18,094 nt of DNA from a virus. Position numbers and translations under genes: made by a program. Below the pieces are notes generated by a model. It saw only the letters and a list, made by a program, of their open reading frames with translations, searched no databases and was not told where the DNA came from. The stretch lies in the UHGV virus genome UHGV-0036730; one strand, given 5' to 3'. Positions 8,883 through 16,429 of the stretch are shown here, piece by piece; the stretch's first letter is position 1, and each line of letters begins with the position of its first letter.

Positions 8883-9086
8883 TTAATCATCGCCTCTTAC
8901 GAACGCAGGGAACGGTCGAACCTCTTCCGCCTCAACTCTGCCGTCATCAAAGGTTTTGACGTAAATTTCACGTCCGACAAGAAGCGCTTTACTGATCGCG
9001 CTCTGCGCCACACCAAAGTCCTTAGCGGCTTTCTTCTGACCGAACCTGTATACGTAATCAGCCAGGGTCTCTTTTTTCATCGCCAT
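8883..9086 (-). CDS. cro: Cro repressor (lambda Cro family)
   Basis: Track ORF 8883..9122 trimmed to the ATG at 9086, which has an AAGGAG ribosome-binding site with 7-nt spacer. [60 protein letters not shown] parallels recalled lambda Cro (…[36 protein letters not shown]…AEEVKPFP). Divergent from cI. Confidence 0.8.
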   Translation of the reverse strand: MAMKKETLADYVYRFGQKKAAKDFGVAQSAISKALLVGREIYVKTFDDGRVEAEEVRPFPAFVRGDD

Positions 9087-9181
9087 AACTGACTCCTTCA
9101 AAATGCCCATATCATTACGCACAGTTATTAAAATGTCAACACCGCAGATATTTCATTACATATAACCAAAGGTGATATGGT
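9087..9181. promoter_or_regulatory. cI-cro divergent promoter/operator region (OR-like)
   Basis: 95-bp intergenic region between divergent cro and cI. Minus-strand TTGACA (plus tgtcaa 9134..9139) is suitably placed as a -35 for a PR-like promoter. Inverted ccatatca / tgatatgg elements (9107..9114 and 9173..9180) are candidate operator half-sites. Operators not defined with certainty. Confidence 0.4.
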
Positions 9182-9895
9182 ATGAACATGAAAAAGAAAC
9201 CGTTAACCCCTGAGCAACTGGAAGACGCCAAGCGTCTGAAAAGTATTTTTAACGCTAAAAAGAAAGAGTTAGGCCTGTCGCAGGAATCATTAGCCTATGA
9301 ATTAGGTGTTACCCAAAGCGCTGTTAATCAGCTAATGGCTGGCATCAACGCCATAAATGCCAGCCACGCAGCACAGCTTGCTAAGATACTGAATGTAAAG
9401 GTCGGAGATTTCAGTCCCAGCCTGGCAAAATCTATTGCAGAAATGGCGCTCGCAATTGAAGAGCCATTAACTCGTGTCCCCGCTTACGAATATCCGTTAC
9501 TCTCCTGCGTACAAGCTGGCGCATTCTCAATGGATGATATTTCGTACACCGCAAAAGATGCGATTAAATGGATCTCCACCACCACAAAAGCCAGTGACAG
9601 GTCGTTCTGGCTGGAGGTCAAGGGGCATTCAATGACCGCACCGCAGGGTGGTAAACCCAGCTTCCCTGAAGGTATGCTGATACTCGTTGACCCTGAACGG
9701 GAAATCGAGGATGGCGATTTTTGCGTGGCCCGAATGAACGGCGATGAATTTACCTTCAAACGATTCATTCGTGAGAGCGGTAAAGCGTACCTGGAGCCGC
9801 TCAACCCACGATTCGACATGATTGAGTGTAACGAAAACTGCCAGTTTGTCGGAAAGGTCATCAAATCGCAGTGGAATGATGATACTTTTGATTGA
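9182..9895 (+). CDS. cI: CI repressor, lambda CI family (HTH DNA-binding domain + S24 LexA-like autocleavage domain)
   Basis: 237 aa; collinear with recalled lambda CI along the whole length (KKKPLT.EQLEDA.RLK…LGLSQES…FSP……EYEYP…VQAG.FS…[33 protein letters not shown]……GDFC.AR..GDEFTFK…). Confidence 0.9.
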   Translation: MNMKKKPLTPEQLEDAKRLKSIFNAKKKELGLSQESLAYELGVTQSAVNQLMAGINAINASHAAQLAKILNVKVGDFSPSLAKSIAEMALAIEEPLTRVPAYEYPLLSCVQAGAFSMDDISYTAKDAIKWISTTTKASDRSFWLEVKGHSMTAPQGGKPSFPEGMLILVDPEREIEDGDFCVARMNGDEFTFKRFIRESGKAYLEPLNPRFDMIECNENCQFVGKVIKSQWNDDTFD

Positions 9896-9991
9896 GCTCA
9901 CAGAGCGATATTAATAACCTTGCCGGGAGATGCTTGGGAAGCGATTTTCTGGCATTATTATCTGAGTTGCCCACAACCTATAGAGTCTTAC

Positions 9992-10153
9992 ATGAAAAAA
10001 TCATTTGCTGTATTGTTCGTTTTGTTGTCACTGGTAGCTTCGACTCAATCATTCGCTGGTCGTTGCCAACACGACAATGATACCGCTGCTGACGGCTCTC
10101 GTTGTGGTGGTCGTTCTGCTGATTCTCGTCCTGGCGGTGGTGGTATTCGCTAA
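9992..10153 (+). CDS. Small exported peptide (53 aa, predicted signal peptide, Gly/Arg-rich mature part with 2 Cys)
   Basis: ATG at 9992: MKKSFAVLFVLLSLVASTQSFA | GRCQHDNDTAADGSRCGGRSADSRPGGGGIR. Stop 10151..10153 is followed at once by a hairpin. An overlapping alternative-frame ORF (10077..10316) makes this call uncertain. Confidence 0.3.
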   Translation: MKKSFAVLFVLLSLVASTQSFAGRCQHDNDTAADGSRCGGRSADSRPGGGGIR

Positions 10154-10157
10154 AAAC

Positions 10158-10185
10158 AAGGCCGCTTTCCCGGCCTTTATTTCAA
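10158..10185 (+). terminator. Candidate rho-independent terminator
   Basis: Stem aaggccg / cggcctt with 6-nt loop (10158..10177) followed by a T-rich tract. Confidence 0.4.
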
Positions 10186-10332
10186 TACGTTCAGACAGAA
10201 TTTTTGGCCTGTTGTTAACTAGTAACCTGAAGAGACGTTTGGGTGATGTTTGGGTGATTTTAGTTGTGATTAACGAAAACTATGGTGCAACATCTTATAG
10301 TAAATTGTTAATATAACAAGGTATTGTATCAA

Positions 10333-11235
10333 ATGAGCCAAAATCTTGATTCAACACTAGAAACATACATCTCTTGGCAGTTAGAGCAATTTAAGGATAA
10401 ATTTTTCCCAAACTGTGACGTCATTGCGTACTACGGTGGCATCTTTCCATGGTCAAAAGAAGTTTACCAGCCAAAACTTGAAGCTATTGGTGAGATGGCT
10501 AACAGTCGTACCAATAAATTTCTTGTTATTATACTCAATACAAACGGTGGTTCTGTTGAGTCTGTAGAAAAAATGGTAGAAATTACAAGGCATTTCTACC
10601 AAGAGGTATATTTTATCATTCCAGACATGGCTATGTCGGCAGGTACAATATGGTGCATGTCTGGAGATAAAATTTACATGGACTATGCTTCTTCATTAGG
10701 ACCTATTGATCCTCAAGTGCAATCGTCGGACGGTAAATGGGTTCCCGCTTTGGGATACCTTGATAAAGTTGAAGAAATGATTAATAAATCCAGAGAAGGA
10801 ACCATTACCCAAGCTGAACTGATGATGCTTAGTCAGTTAGATCTGGCGCACTTGCGGAGATATGAGCAAGCCAGAGAACTATCAATAGACTTGCTTAAGA
10901 AATGGCTTGTGGAGTATAAATTTAGAGAGTGGACAGTTCATCAGGGTAACACAAAACGAGGAAAGCTAGTTACCAAGAGGGAAAAGGAAGCGAGGGCTAA
11001 AATGATCGCTACCGCTCTTAGTGACAACGGAAAGTGGCATTCTCACGGAAGAACGATAGGAATAAACACTCTTATCAATGATTTAAGGATAAAAGTAGAA
11101 GACTTTACATACGATAAAGATTTTAGCATGGCGTTAAAAAATATACATAACGTCATTAATGAATACATGTATAAAACAAATCGACAGGTTCTTGTTCTGT
11201 CTTCTTTCCCTTTTCCAGAACAAAGTGAGTCATAA
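10333..11235 (+). CDS. ClpP/crotonase-fold serine peptidase, S49 (SppA) / SDH-like family, no signal peptide
   Basis: Track ORF 10324..11235 (TTG) trimmed to the ATG at 10333. ILNTNGGSVESVEKMVEIT aligns with the ClpP INSPGGVITAGMSIYDTM region; IIPDMAMSAGTIWCMSGDKIYMD carries the A-x-S-x-G catalytic-serine motif (ClpP GQAASMGA / SppA AASGGY). The ClpP His position is IDPQ here, so a Ser-Lys (S49-like) mechanism is inferred. Lies in a locally AT-rich block. Confidence 0.6.
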   Translation: MSQNLDSTLETYISWQLEQFKDKFFPNCDVIAYYGGIFPWSKEVYQPKLEAIGEMANSRTNKFLVIILNTNGGSVESVEKMVEITRHFYQEVYFIIPDMAMSAGTIWCMSGDKIYMDYASSLGPIDPQVQSSDGKWVPALGYLDKVEEMINKSREGTITQAELMMLSQLDLAHLRRYEQARELSIDLLKKWLVEYKFREWTVHQGNTKRGKLVTKREKEARAKMIATALSDNGKWHSHGRTIGINTLINDLRIKVEDFTYDKDFSMALKNIHNVINEYMYKTNRQVLVLSSFPFPEQSES

Positions 11236-11406
11236 ATGAACAAAGACAAATCCCTGACACAACAAGTGGAAGAAATACTTAGCAAGCAAAAAGTTAGCGA
11301 GCAAGGAAAAATGATTCAATCATTAAAGAACAGGGGCTTGATCAACAAGCCTGTTTTTACTTTGGCTTATGGACCAGATATTACAACCTGCCAAATGCAC
11401 CAATAA
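11236..11406 (+). CDS. Small protein (56 aa) translationally coupled to the peptidase
   Basis: ATG at 11236 directly abuts the peptidase stop (TAA-ATG). MNKDKSLTQQVEEILSKQKVSEQGKMIQSLKNRGLINKPVFTLAYGPDITTCQMHQ, stop 11404..11406, then a strong terminator. Below the 60-aa cut-off of the ORF track. Confidence 0.4.
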   Translation: MNKDKSLTQQVEEILSKQKVSEQGKMIQSLKNRGLINKPVFTLAYGPDITTCQMHQ

Positions 11407-11437
11407 CAAAACCCGGCCTTGGTGCCGGGTTTTGTTT
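11405..11437. terminator. Bidirectional rho-independent terminator between convergent operons
   Basis: acccggc-cttggt-gccgggt hairpin (11411..11430) flanked by aaaa / tttgttt, so it is U-rich after the stem on both strands. Sits between the peptidase cassette (+) and hicAB (-). Confidence 0.6.
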
Positions 11438-11522
11438 GCCTCCTGCTCGCCCCACCATTTACCAGTGCGCCGTAAATTCCCCATTCTTCGTGGCGGTGAG
11501 GATGTCAAAGACGAAGGGAACA

Positions 11523-11867
11523 TTAAGCCCCTGTGTGATGGTTGACTTCTTTTTCCAGCGCCTTATTAACAAAGGCGTTCAGTGATAAATCTTCTTCCAT
11601 CGCCATTTCTGCTACCCGACGATGCAGTTCTGGATCAAGCCTGACGTTAAACACACCTTTAAACGGGGTATCAGGCTCCTTTCCATCCTCCACACAAGAC
11701 TGTAAATACAGCTCAACCGATGTCTTAAACTCCTGTTCCAGTTCAGCTAATGTAGAAGCCTCATAAGTTACCAGGTCTCGAATAAACGCCAGTTTTCCGT
11801 ACAGGATATTATTTTCAAAATCTGGTTCTACTGTACCTAAATACCCTTTATATTTTAGATGCTTCAT
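11523..11867 (-). CDS. hicB: HicB-family antitoxin (N-terminal HicB fold + C-terminal ribbon-helix-helix)
   Basis: 114 aa; YKGYLGTVEPDFENNILYGKL…EASTLAELEQEFKTSVELYL… then GVFNVRLDPELHRRVAEMAMEEDLSLNAFVNKALEKEV, the characteristic HicB RHH tail. ATGA overlap with the upstream hicA. Confidence 0.75.
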   Translation of the reverse strand: MKHLKYKGYLGTVEPDFENNILYGKLAFIRDLVTYEASTLAELEQEFKTSVELYLQSCVEDGKEPDTPFKGVFNVRLDPELHRRVAEMAMEEDLSLNAFVNKALEKEVNHHTGA

Positions 11868-12112
11868 AATACCCCAGCCTCTTTCAGATTCTGTTTAATC
11901 GCTTTCAGCGTTCCACCTTTAATATAACTTTCTGGATGTGGGCGATGCATTAATATGGTGTGGTTGATTTCAGCATTGAAAAACCGCACTCTTGAGCCCT
12001 GCATTTCCTTTTTGACATCTCCCAGAGAGGAAAACAAAACGACCAGCTCATCCCATTCAAACGTTTTTTTACTGTTTAAAAACTTTTCCAGTAGCTTATC
12101 TGCTTTCCCCAT
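11864..12112 (-). CDS. hicA: HicA-family toxin (mRNA interferase)
   Basis: Track ORF 11864..12118 (GTG) trimmed to the ATG at 12112. …LLEKFLNSKKTFEWDELVVLFSSLG…HTILMHRPHPESYIKGGTLKAIKQNLKEAGVL follows the HicA/YcfA pattern. Upstream of and overlapping hicB. Confidence 0.7.
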   Translation of the reverse strand: MGKADKLLEKFLNSKKTFEWDELVVLFSSLGDVKKEMQGSRVRFFNAEINHTILMHRPHPESYIKGGTLKAIKQNLKEAGVL

Positions 12113-12268
12113 ACCCACATAATCTCATCTTCGCTACATTGCAACTAATTATAGTTACAGACAGTGTTTTTGTCAAAAGCCACCAAGCCCGCTGGGTTCT
12201 CTTTGACTGTTCGCTGCTTTTCCTGGTGTTATCCGGGGGCTTTTCCCTCACGCCAAATCTCACACAGA

Positions 12269-12294
12269 GTAACCGGCCCGCGCCGGCTTTTCTT
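12269..12294 (+). terminator. Candidate rho-independent terminator in the ORF-poor leader
   Basis: Stem ccggc / gccgg (12273..12286) followed by cttttcttt. Confidence 0.3.
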
Positions 12295-12917
12295 TGACCG
12301 CACTCCGCTAACCGCCCCCTTGAAAAATAAATCACTTTAAAAATCAGTTAAGTAATATTTTTTTGACCCCAATAACCACCAACGGTATTTACACAAAAAT
12401 CACCGCAAGTTATATTTATTTCAAGCCAGAAACATCGCGCCCTTACACAGGGCTACATAAATCAGTCGTACGGCGCGACTTAACCCGCCGCAAAATGCTC
12501 TTTAACAATCTGGAGCTTTACAGCGTCAATGACCTGTTTAGACCCCTACACGTAAACGTGCTGTATCATCGGGTGCGATCCGGTCGATGAGAGAGTATCC
12601 CCGCGCGAGAGCGAGAACGGCGTGAGAACGGGCAACACTGGCAGGAAGTTGGCGCTGACCAATACAGGGAATGTTTTGGGGTGTGGTGAAGGGTTCATGG
12701 ACGGGAATATGTCGCACGTAAAGCGGCGAGGCCCGAGGGACTATTGCTGAAGATAAGTAGGCCGAATCGGGTCGAAATGGGTCTCCCACCTGCCACATCG
12801 CCAAAGCGTTTCTGAGAAAGGACGGTATTGACTGCGTGTGATGTCGGGGCTATATTTGGCGAACACCTCATAAAACGGGTGTCGGGATTGCTACCCCGCT
12901 GACAATCGAGGCGATAC

Positions 12918-12939
12918 AGACGCGCCAGCGTCTTTTTTT
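12918..12939 (+). terminator. Rho-independent terminator upstream of rha (tL-like position)
   Basis: Stem agacgc / gcgtct with gcca loop (12918..12933) followed by a T-run (12933..12939). Confidence 0.45.
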
Positions 12940-13104
12940 GTATCGACATACACGCACATCTTATCAATGGTGGGCTGTATGGGGCCGACTTCGGTCGGGC
13001 TGGTTCCCTTGATTGCCAGTTGTAGCAACCCTGTACAGTCCACCGCCAGCGAGCTTGCTACCTCCAGCGGTGGTTATCAATCACCAATCAAGGAGGCTGC
13101 CATT

Positions 13105-13752
13105 ATGGCTACTATCCCAGTCCTTTCTCAACCTGAAATCACCATTTCCAATGGTCGCGTTATCACAACGTCTATTGCTATTGCTGAATTTTTTGACAAG
13201 CGGCACGACGACGTTTTAAAAAAAATCCGATTGATGGATTGTTCTACGGAATTTAACGCCCGCAATTTTTCGGACGTTACCTACACCGACGCCAAAGGCG
13301 AACAACGCCCAATGTACCAAATCACCAAAAACGGATTCGTTTTCCTGGTGATGGGGTTCACTGGCAAAAAAGCCGCCGCTTTCAAAGAAGCCTACATTGC
13401 TGAATTCGATCGCATGGAAAAACAACTATGGGAACAGAAACAACTGGCCCTGTCTTCTCCTGCGATGAATATCAATTTTCCTTTATCGTGGTTTTCAGAG
13501 CATCACCCCTACGCCACGATGAACTATGTTGATCGCAAGGTTATCAGCCTTGATGCTTCCGTGCTCTTCGATATGCCAAGCCCAACTATGCGCATCCTCA
13601 ACGAGCTACACAGCAAAGGCTATAACGTCGATGCGGCTGTCGCCGAATTTAACGCCTTCAAGCATCTGACGGAAGAAATGCGCCGTCAATTGCTGGACAT
13701 TTCCCGCACATCGGAAAAGTCTTCCCGCTTTGGTTTCAACGTAAATCTTTAA
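13105..13752 (+). CDS. rha: Rha-family phage regulatory protein
   Basis: Track ORF 12967..13752 trimmed to the ATG at 13105, which has an AGGAGG ribosome-binding site at 13091..13096 (8-nt spacer). The N-terminus (…SNGRVITTSIAIAEFFDKRHDDVLKKIR…) fits the Rha domain as I recall it. Confidence 0.65.
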   Translation: MATIPVLSQPEITISNGRVITTSIAIAEFFDKRHDDVLKKIRLMDCSTEFNARNFSDVTYTDAKGEQRPMYQITKNGFVFLVMGFTGKKAAAFKEAYIAEFDRMEKQLWEQKQLALSSPAMNINFPLSWFSEHHPYATMNYVDRKVISLDASVLFDMPSPTMRILNELHSKGYNVDAAVAEFNAFKHLTEEMRRQLLDISRTSEKSSRFGFNVNL

Positions 13753-13822
13753 TTAACCCCATCCCCGACCACATATCGGGGATTAAATTAAATATCTGGA
13801 TTAATTAACCGGAGGATTTGTC

Positions 13823-14035
13823 ATGCTCAAACCTCACTACGGAACCGCATTAGTTTCTCGCGAGGACGTTAAACCCGGCACAGCAATTCTTTACAACGGG
13901 CGTTATTACATGGCGTCAGCGAACGTTAATAATGCACTTTACGCACATTCACTGATTGAAAAAATTCGCATTATCTCAGATGCAATAGAAGTTTACCTGA
14001 ACAATAAAGGCCAACCGTTAATCTCACCAGCCTGA
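13823..14035 (+). CDS. Hypothetical early protein, 70 aa
   Basis: Track ORF with GGAGGA ribosome-binding site upstream (ccggaggatttgtcATG). Confidence 0.4.
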   Translation: MLKPHYGTALVSREDVKPGTAILYNGRYYMASANVNNALYAHSLIEKIRIISDAIEVYLNNKGQPLISPA

Positions 14036-14046
14036 AAGGAAATATC

Positions 14047-14328
14047 ATGCTCAATCAAAAAATAAATATCAATGTAAAAAGCGTCGTAACTCCAGCAGGA
14101 ACGATAATGGGAGAAGTTTTTATGGATGATAAAATCATCGCCTATTTTGTCGTCCTGTCTGATGAGGCTATTTCTGTTATTGATACGGAAGGCAATGTTA
14201 TGTTTATCGCAGAACATCCAGAAGACATCGCATTACAGGCCGCTGCATATTTCTTCGCTAAGGAGCAGGAGGAAGAATGTAACTGCCCTGTATGTCAGCT
14301 TTCCCGACAAATTAATTTAATGCATTAA
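14047..14328 (+). CDS. Hypothetical early protein, 93 aa
   Basis: Track ORF with AAGGAA ribosome-binding site; C-terminal CNCPVC motif. Confidence 0.4.
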   Translation: MLNQKININVKSVVTPAGTIMGEVFMDDKIIAYFVVLSDEAISVIDTEGNVMFIAEHPEDIALQAAAYFFAKEQEEECNCPVCQLSRQINLMH

Positions 14329-14348
14329 CCGGAATCAGGAGTTCCGCC

Positions 14349-14630
14349 ATGAACGCATACCTCACCTGCGACCGCATAGAGGAGCGTCGCTGGATTAATC
14401 AGCAAATTCAGGATGAAAAGGATAAATGGATTGATGATCGGGCGCAGGAGCTTATCAGCATGTTCCCCGATAAACCATTGCTTATGAGCAGCCTTTTTTT
14501 ACCCAAAGAAGCCCAACTGGCACTCACTGGCGAAAAAGCTGAAGAGGCGTACAACGATTATATCTCAGCGATCGCCTATGCTCGGGCGGAAGAAGAATGG
14601 GAGAGAAAATTCTCCCCCTGTCCTTTCTGA
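14349..14630 (+). CDS. Gam-like host-nuclease (RecBCD) inhibitor, short form
   Basis: MNAYLTCDRIEERRWINQQIQDEKDKW… parallels the recalled N-terminus of the short lambda GamS form ([31 protein letters not shown]…). Lies immediately upstream of the recombinase-exo pair, in lambda gene order. Confidence 0.5.
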   Translation: MNAYLTCDRIEERRWINQQIQDEKDKWIDDRAQELISMFPDKPLLMSSLFLPKEAQLALTGEKAEEAYNDYISAIAYARAEEEWERKFSPCPF

Positions 14631-14646
14631 TTTTCAGGACCAAAAA

Positions 14647-15597
14647 ATGTTCGATATCGTTGAATTTGTTAAGCAGCAGGAGCGCTTTTTCTGCGAGGCA
14701 TTAACTGAACCGACGCTGACATGGGCGAAGGAAAGTCAGTTTGCAATTCAGCAATTCCAGAAAAATGCCTTTCTGGCTGACACAGCACGGGCAAATCTGC
14801 CCAGCGCACAGAACGCTATCATCAATGTTGCCGCCATAGGCATAACCCTGAACCCGGCCAGCAAGCTGGCGTATCTGGTACCACGAAAAAAGGCTGTATG
14901 CCTGGATATCAGTTATATGGGGCTTCTGCATCTGGCACAGGTCACAGGAGCCATTCAGTGGGGGCAATGCAAACTTGTTTACGAGAAGGACATTTACGAG
15001 TCCAACGGTATTGACTGCGCCCCCACGCACAAATACAACCCATTCGTAGACAGGGGCGCACGCATTGGCGGTTATTGTGTCGTAAAAACATCCGAAGGCG
15101 ACTATCTGACCGAAGAGATGAGCAACAGGGAAATCGAGGTCATCAGGGCGTGCAGCAAAGCCGGAAATAACGGAGGAAGTAGCCCGTGGGATAGTTTCCC
15201 CGATGAAATGGCCAGAAAAGCCATTGTTAAGCGCGCCAGCAAATACTGGCCCCGTCGCGATCGCCTGGATACAGCTATCGACTACCTGAACACTCAGGCC
15301 GGTGAAGGTATCATCCTGAATGCTGATCACATCCCTGAGCGTGACGTCACTCCCGCATCAGATGAGATTATCAATGAGATCACTCAGGCAATCACCGAAA
15401 TTAACAAGACATGGGATGACCTGCTTCCCGTATGTTCCAAAACATTCCGTCGCACGATTGCATCACATGAAGCTCTCTCTCAGGAAGAAGCTGTCAAAAC
15501 GCTTGATTTTGTCAAAAAGAAAGCTGCCAGAAACAAGGCCACGGCGGAAGCGAAAGTTCACGCCACCACGGAAAATAACAGCGAGGCCGTGTCATGA
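14647..15597 (+). CDS. Single-strand annealing recombinase: RecT-family core with a lambda Bet-like C-terminal tail
   Basis: Track ORF 14578..15597 trimmed to the ATG at 14647 ([11 protein letters not shown]…). The core carries RecT-like blocks ([24 protein letters not shown]; [16 protein letters not shown]; [14 protein letters not shown]). The last ~70 aa ([64 protein letters not shown]) closely track the recalled lambda Bet C-terminus. Stop overlaps the exo start. Confidence 0.75.
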   Translation: MFDIVEFVKQQERFFCEALTEPTLTWAKESQFAIQQFQKNAFLADTARANLPSAQNAIINVAAIGITLNPASKLAYLVPRKKAVCLDISYMGLLHLAQVTGAIQWGQCKLVYEKDIYESNGIDCAPTHKYNPFVDRGARIGGYCVVKTSEGDYLTEEMSNREIEVIRACSKAGNNGGSSPWDSFPDEMARKAIVKRASKYWPRRDRLDTAIDYLNTQAGEGIILNADHIPERDVTPASDEIINEITQAITEINKTWDDLLPVCSKTFRRTIASHEALSQEEAVKTLDFVKKKAARNKATAEAKVHATTENNSEAVS

Positions 15598-16274
15598 CAC
15601 CAGAAATTATTCTCCAGCGAACTGGCGTGGATATTACCAGCCTCGACCAGGGCGATGATGGATGGCACAAGCTGAGACTCGGTGTTATCACTGCTTCAGA
15701 AGTTCACAACGTCATAGCCAAACCACGTTCAGGCAGCAAATGGCCTGATACAAAAATGTCATACTTCCACACCCTGCTGGCTGAAGTTTGTACTGGCGTG
15801 GCACCGGAAGTTAACGCTAAGTCGCTCGCATGGGGAAAGCAATACGAAGATGATGCCCGTGCCCTCTTCGAATTTATCGCGGATGTTACCGTCGCGGAAA
15901 CGCCAATAATTTTTCGTGACGAAAGCATGCGCACCGCCTGCTCTCCCGACGGTTTATGCAGCGACGGTAACGGTCTTGAGCTTAAATGCCCCTTCACTTC
16001 CCGCGACTTCATGAAGTTCCGGCTTGGCGGCTTTGACGCTATCAAGCCTGCTTACATGGCCCAGGTGCAATTCAGCATGTGGGTTACAGACAAGGACGCC
16101 TGGTACTTCGCCAACTACGACCCACGTATGAAGCGTGAAGGCCTGCATTATGTCGTGATTGAGCGGAATGAAAAGTACATGGCGAATTTTGACGAGATGG
16201 TGCCGGAGTTCATCGAAAAAATGGACGAGGCACTGGCTGAAATTGGTTTTGTATATGGGGAGCAATGGCAATGA
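15594..16274 (+). CDS. exo: Lambda-type exonuclease (Red-alpha / Exo, YqaJ-like)
   Basis: 226 aa, near-identical over its length to recalled lambda Exo (MTPDIILQRTGIDV…[55 protein letters not shown]…). Confidence 0.9.
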   Translation: MTPEIILQRTGVDITSLDQGDDGWHKLRLGVITASEVHNVIAKPRSGSKWPDTKMSYFHTLLAEVCTGVAPEVNAKSLAWGKQYEDDARALFEFIADVTVAETPIIFRDESMRTACSPDGLCSDGNGLELKCPFTSRDFMKFRLGGFDAIKPAYMAQVQFSMWVTDKDAWYFANYDPRMKREGLHYVVIERNEKYMANFDEMVPEFIEKMDEALAEIGFVYGEQWQ

Positions 16275-16429
16275 AGCATCCTCACGATAATATCCGGGTA
16301 GGCGCGATCACTTTCGTCTACTCCGTTACAAAGCGAGGCTGGGTATTTCCCGGCCTTTCTGTTATCCGAAATCCGCTGAAAGCACAGCGGCTGGCTGAGG
16401 AGATAAATAATAAACGGGAGAGTGTATGA
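16271..16429 (+). CDS. Small hypothetical ORF (52 aa) between exo and the 250-aa ORF
   Basis: ATG at 16271 overlaps the exo stop (ATGA); its stop overlaps the next ATG (ATGA). [52 protein letters not shown]. Gene status uncertain; below the ORF-track cut-off. Confidence 0.3.
   Translation: MKHPHDNIRVGAITFVYSVTKRGWVFPGLSVIRNPLKAQRLAEEINNKRESV

Noticed and set aside
10077-10316. 79-aa hydrophobic ORF as a firm gene call
   Set aside because: Overlaps the signal-peptide ORF in another frame and reads through the hairpin at 10158..10177; the poly-Val/Leu run may be an out-of-frame artefact of the GGT/CGT-rich codons. Kept only as an alternative in findings.
12587-12918. Search for an N antiterminator gene
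   Set aside because: Only 10-17-aa plus-strand frames are open; none resembles N. Not annotated as a pseudogene because there is no alignable remnant I can verify.
12096-12967. Minus-strand ORFs 12096..12335, 12538..12804, 12695..12967 and plus-strand 12363..12590
   Set aside because: No ribosome-binding sites, low-complexity or Arg-rich translations, mutually overlapping; the region looks non-coding.
14701-15330. 209-aa minus-strand ORF
   Set aside because: Entirely antisense to the RecT/Bet-like recombinase, which has clear family signatures.
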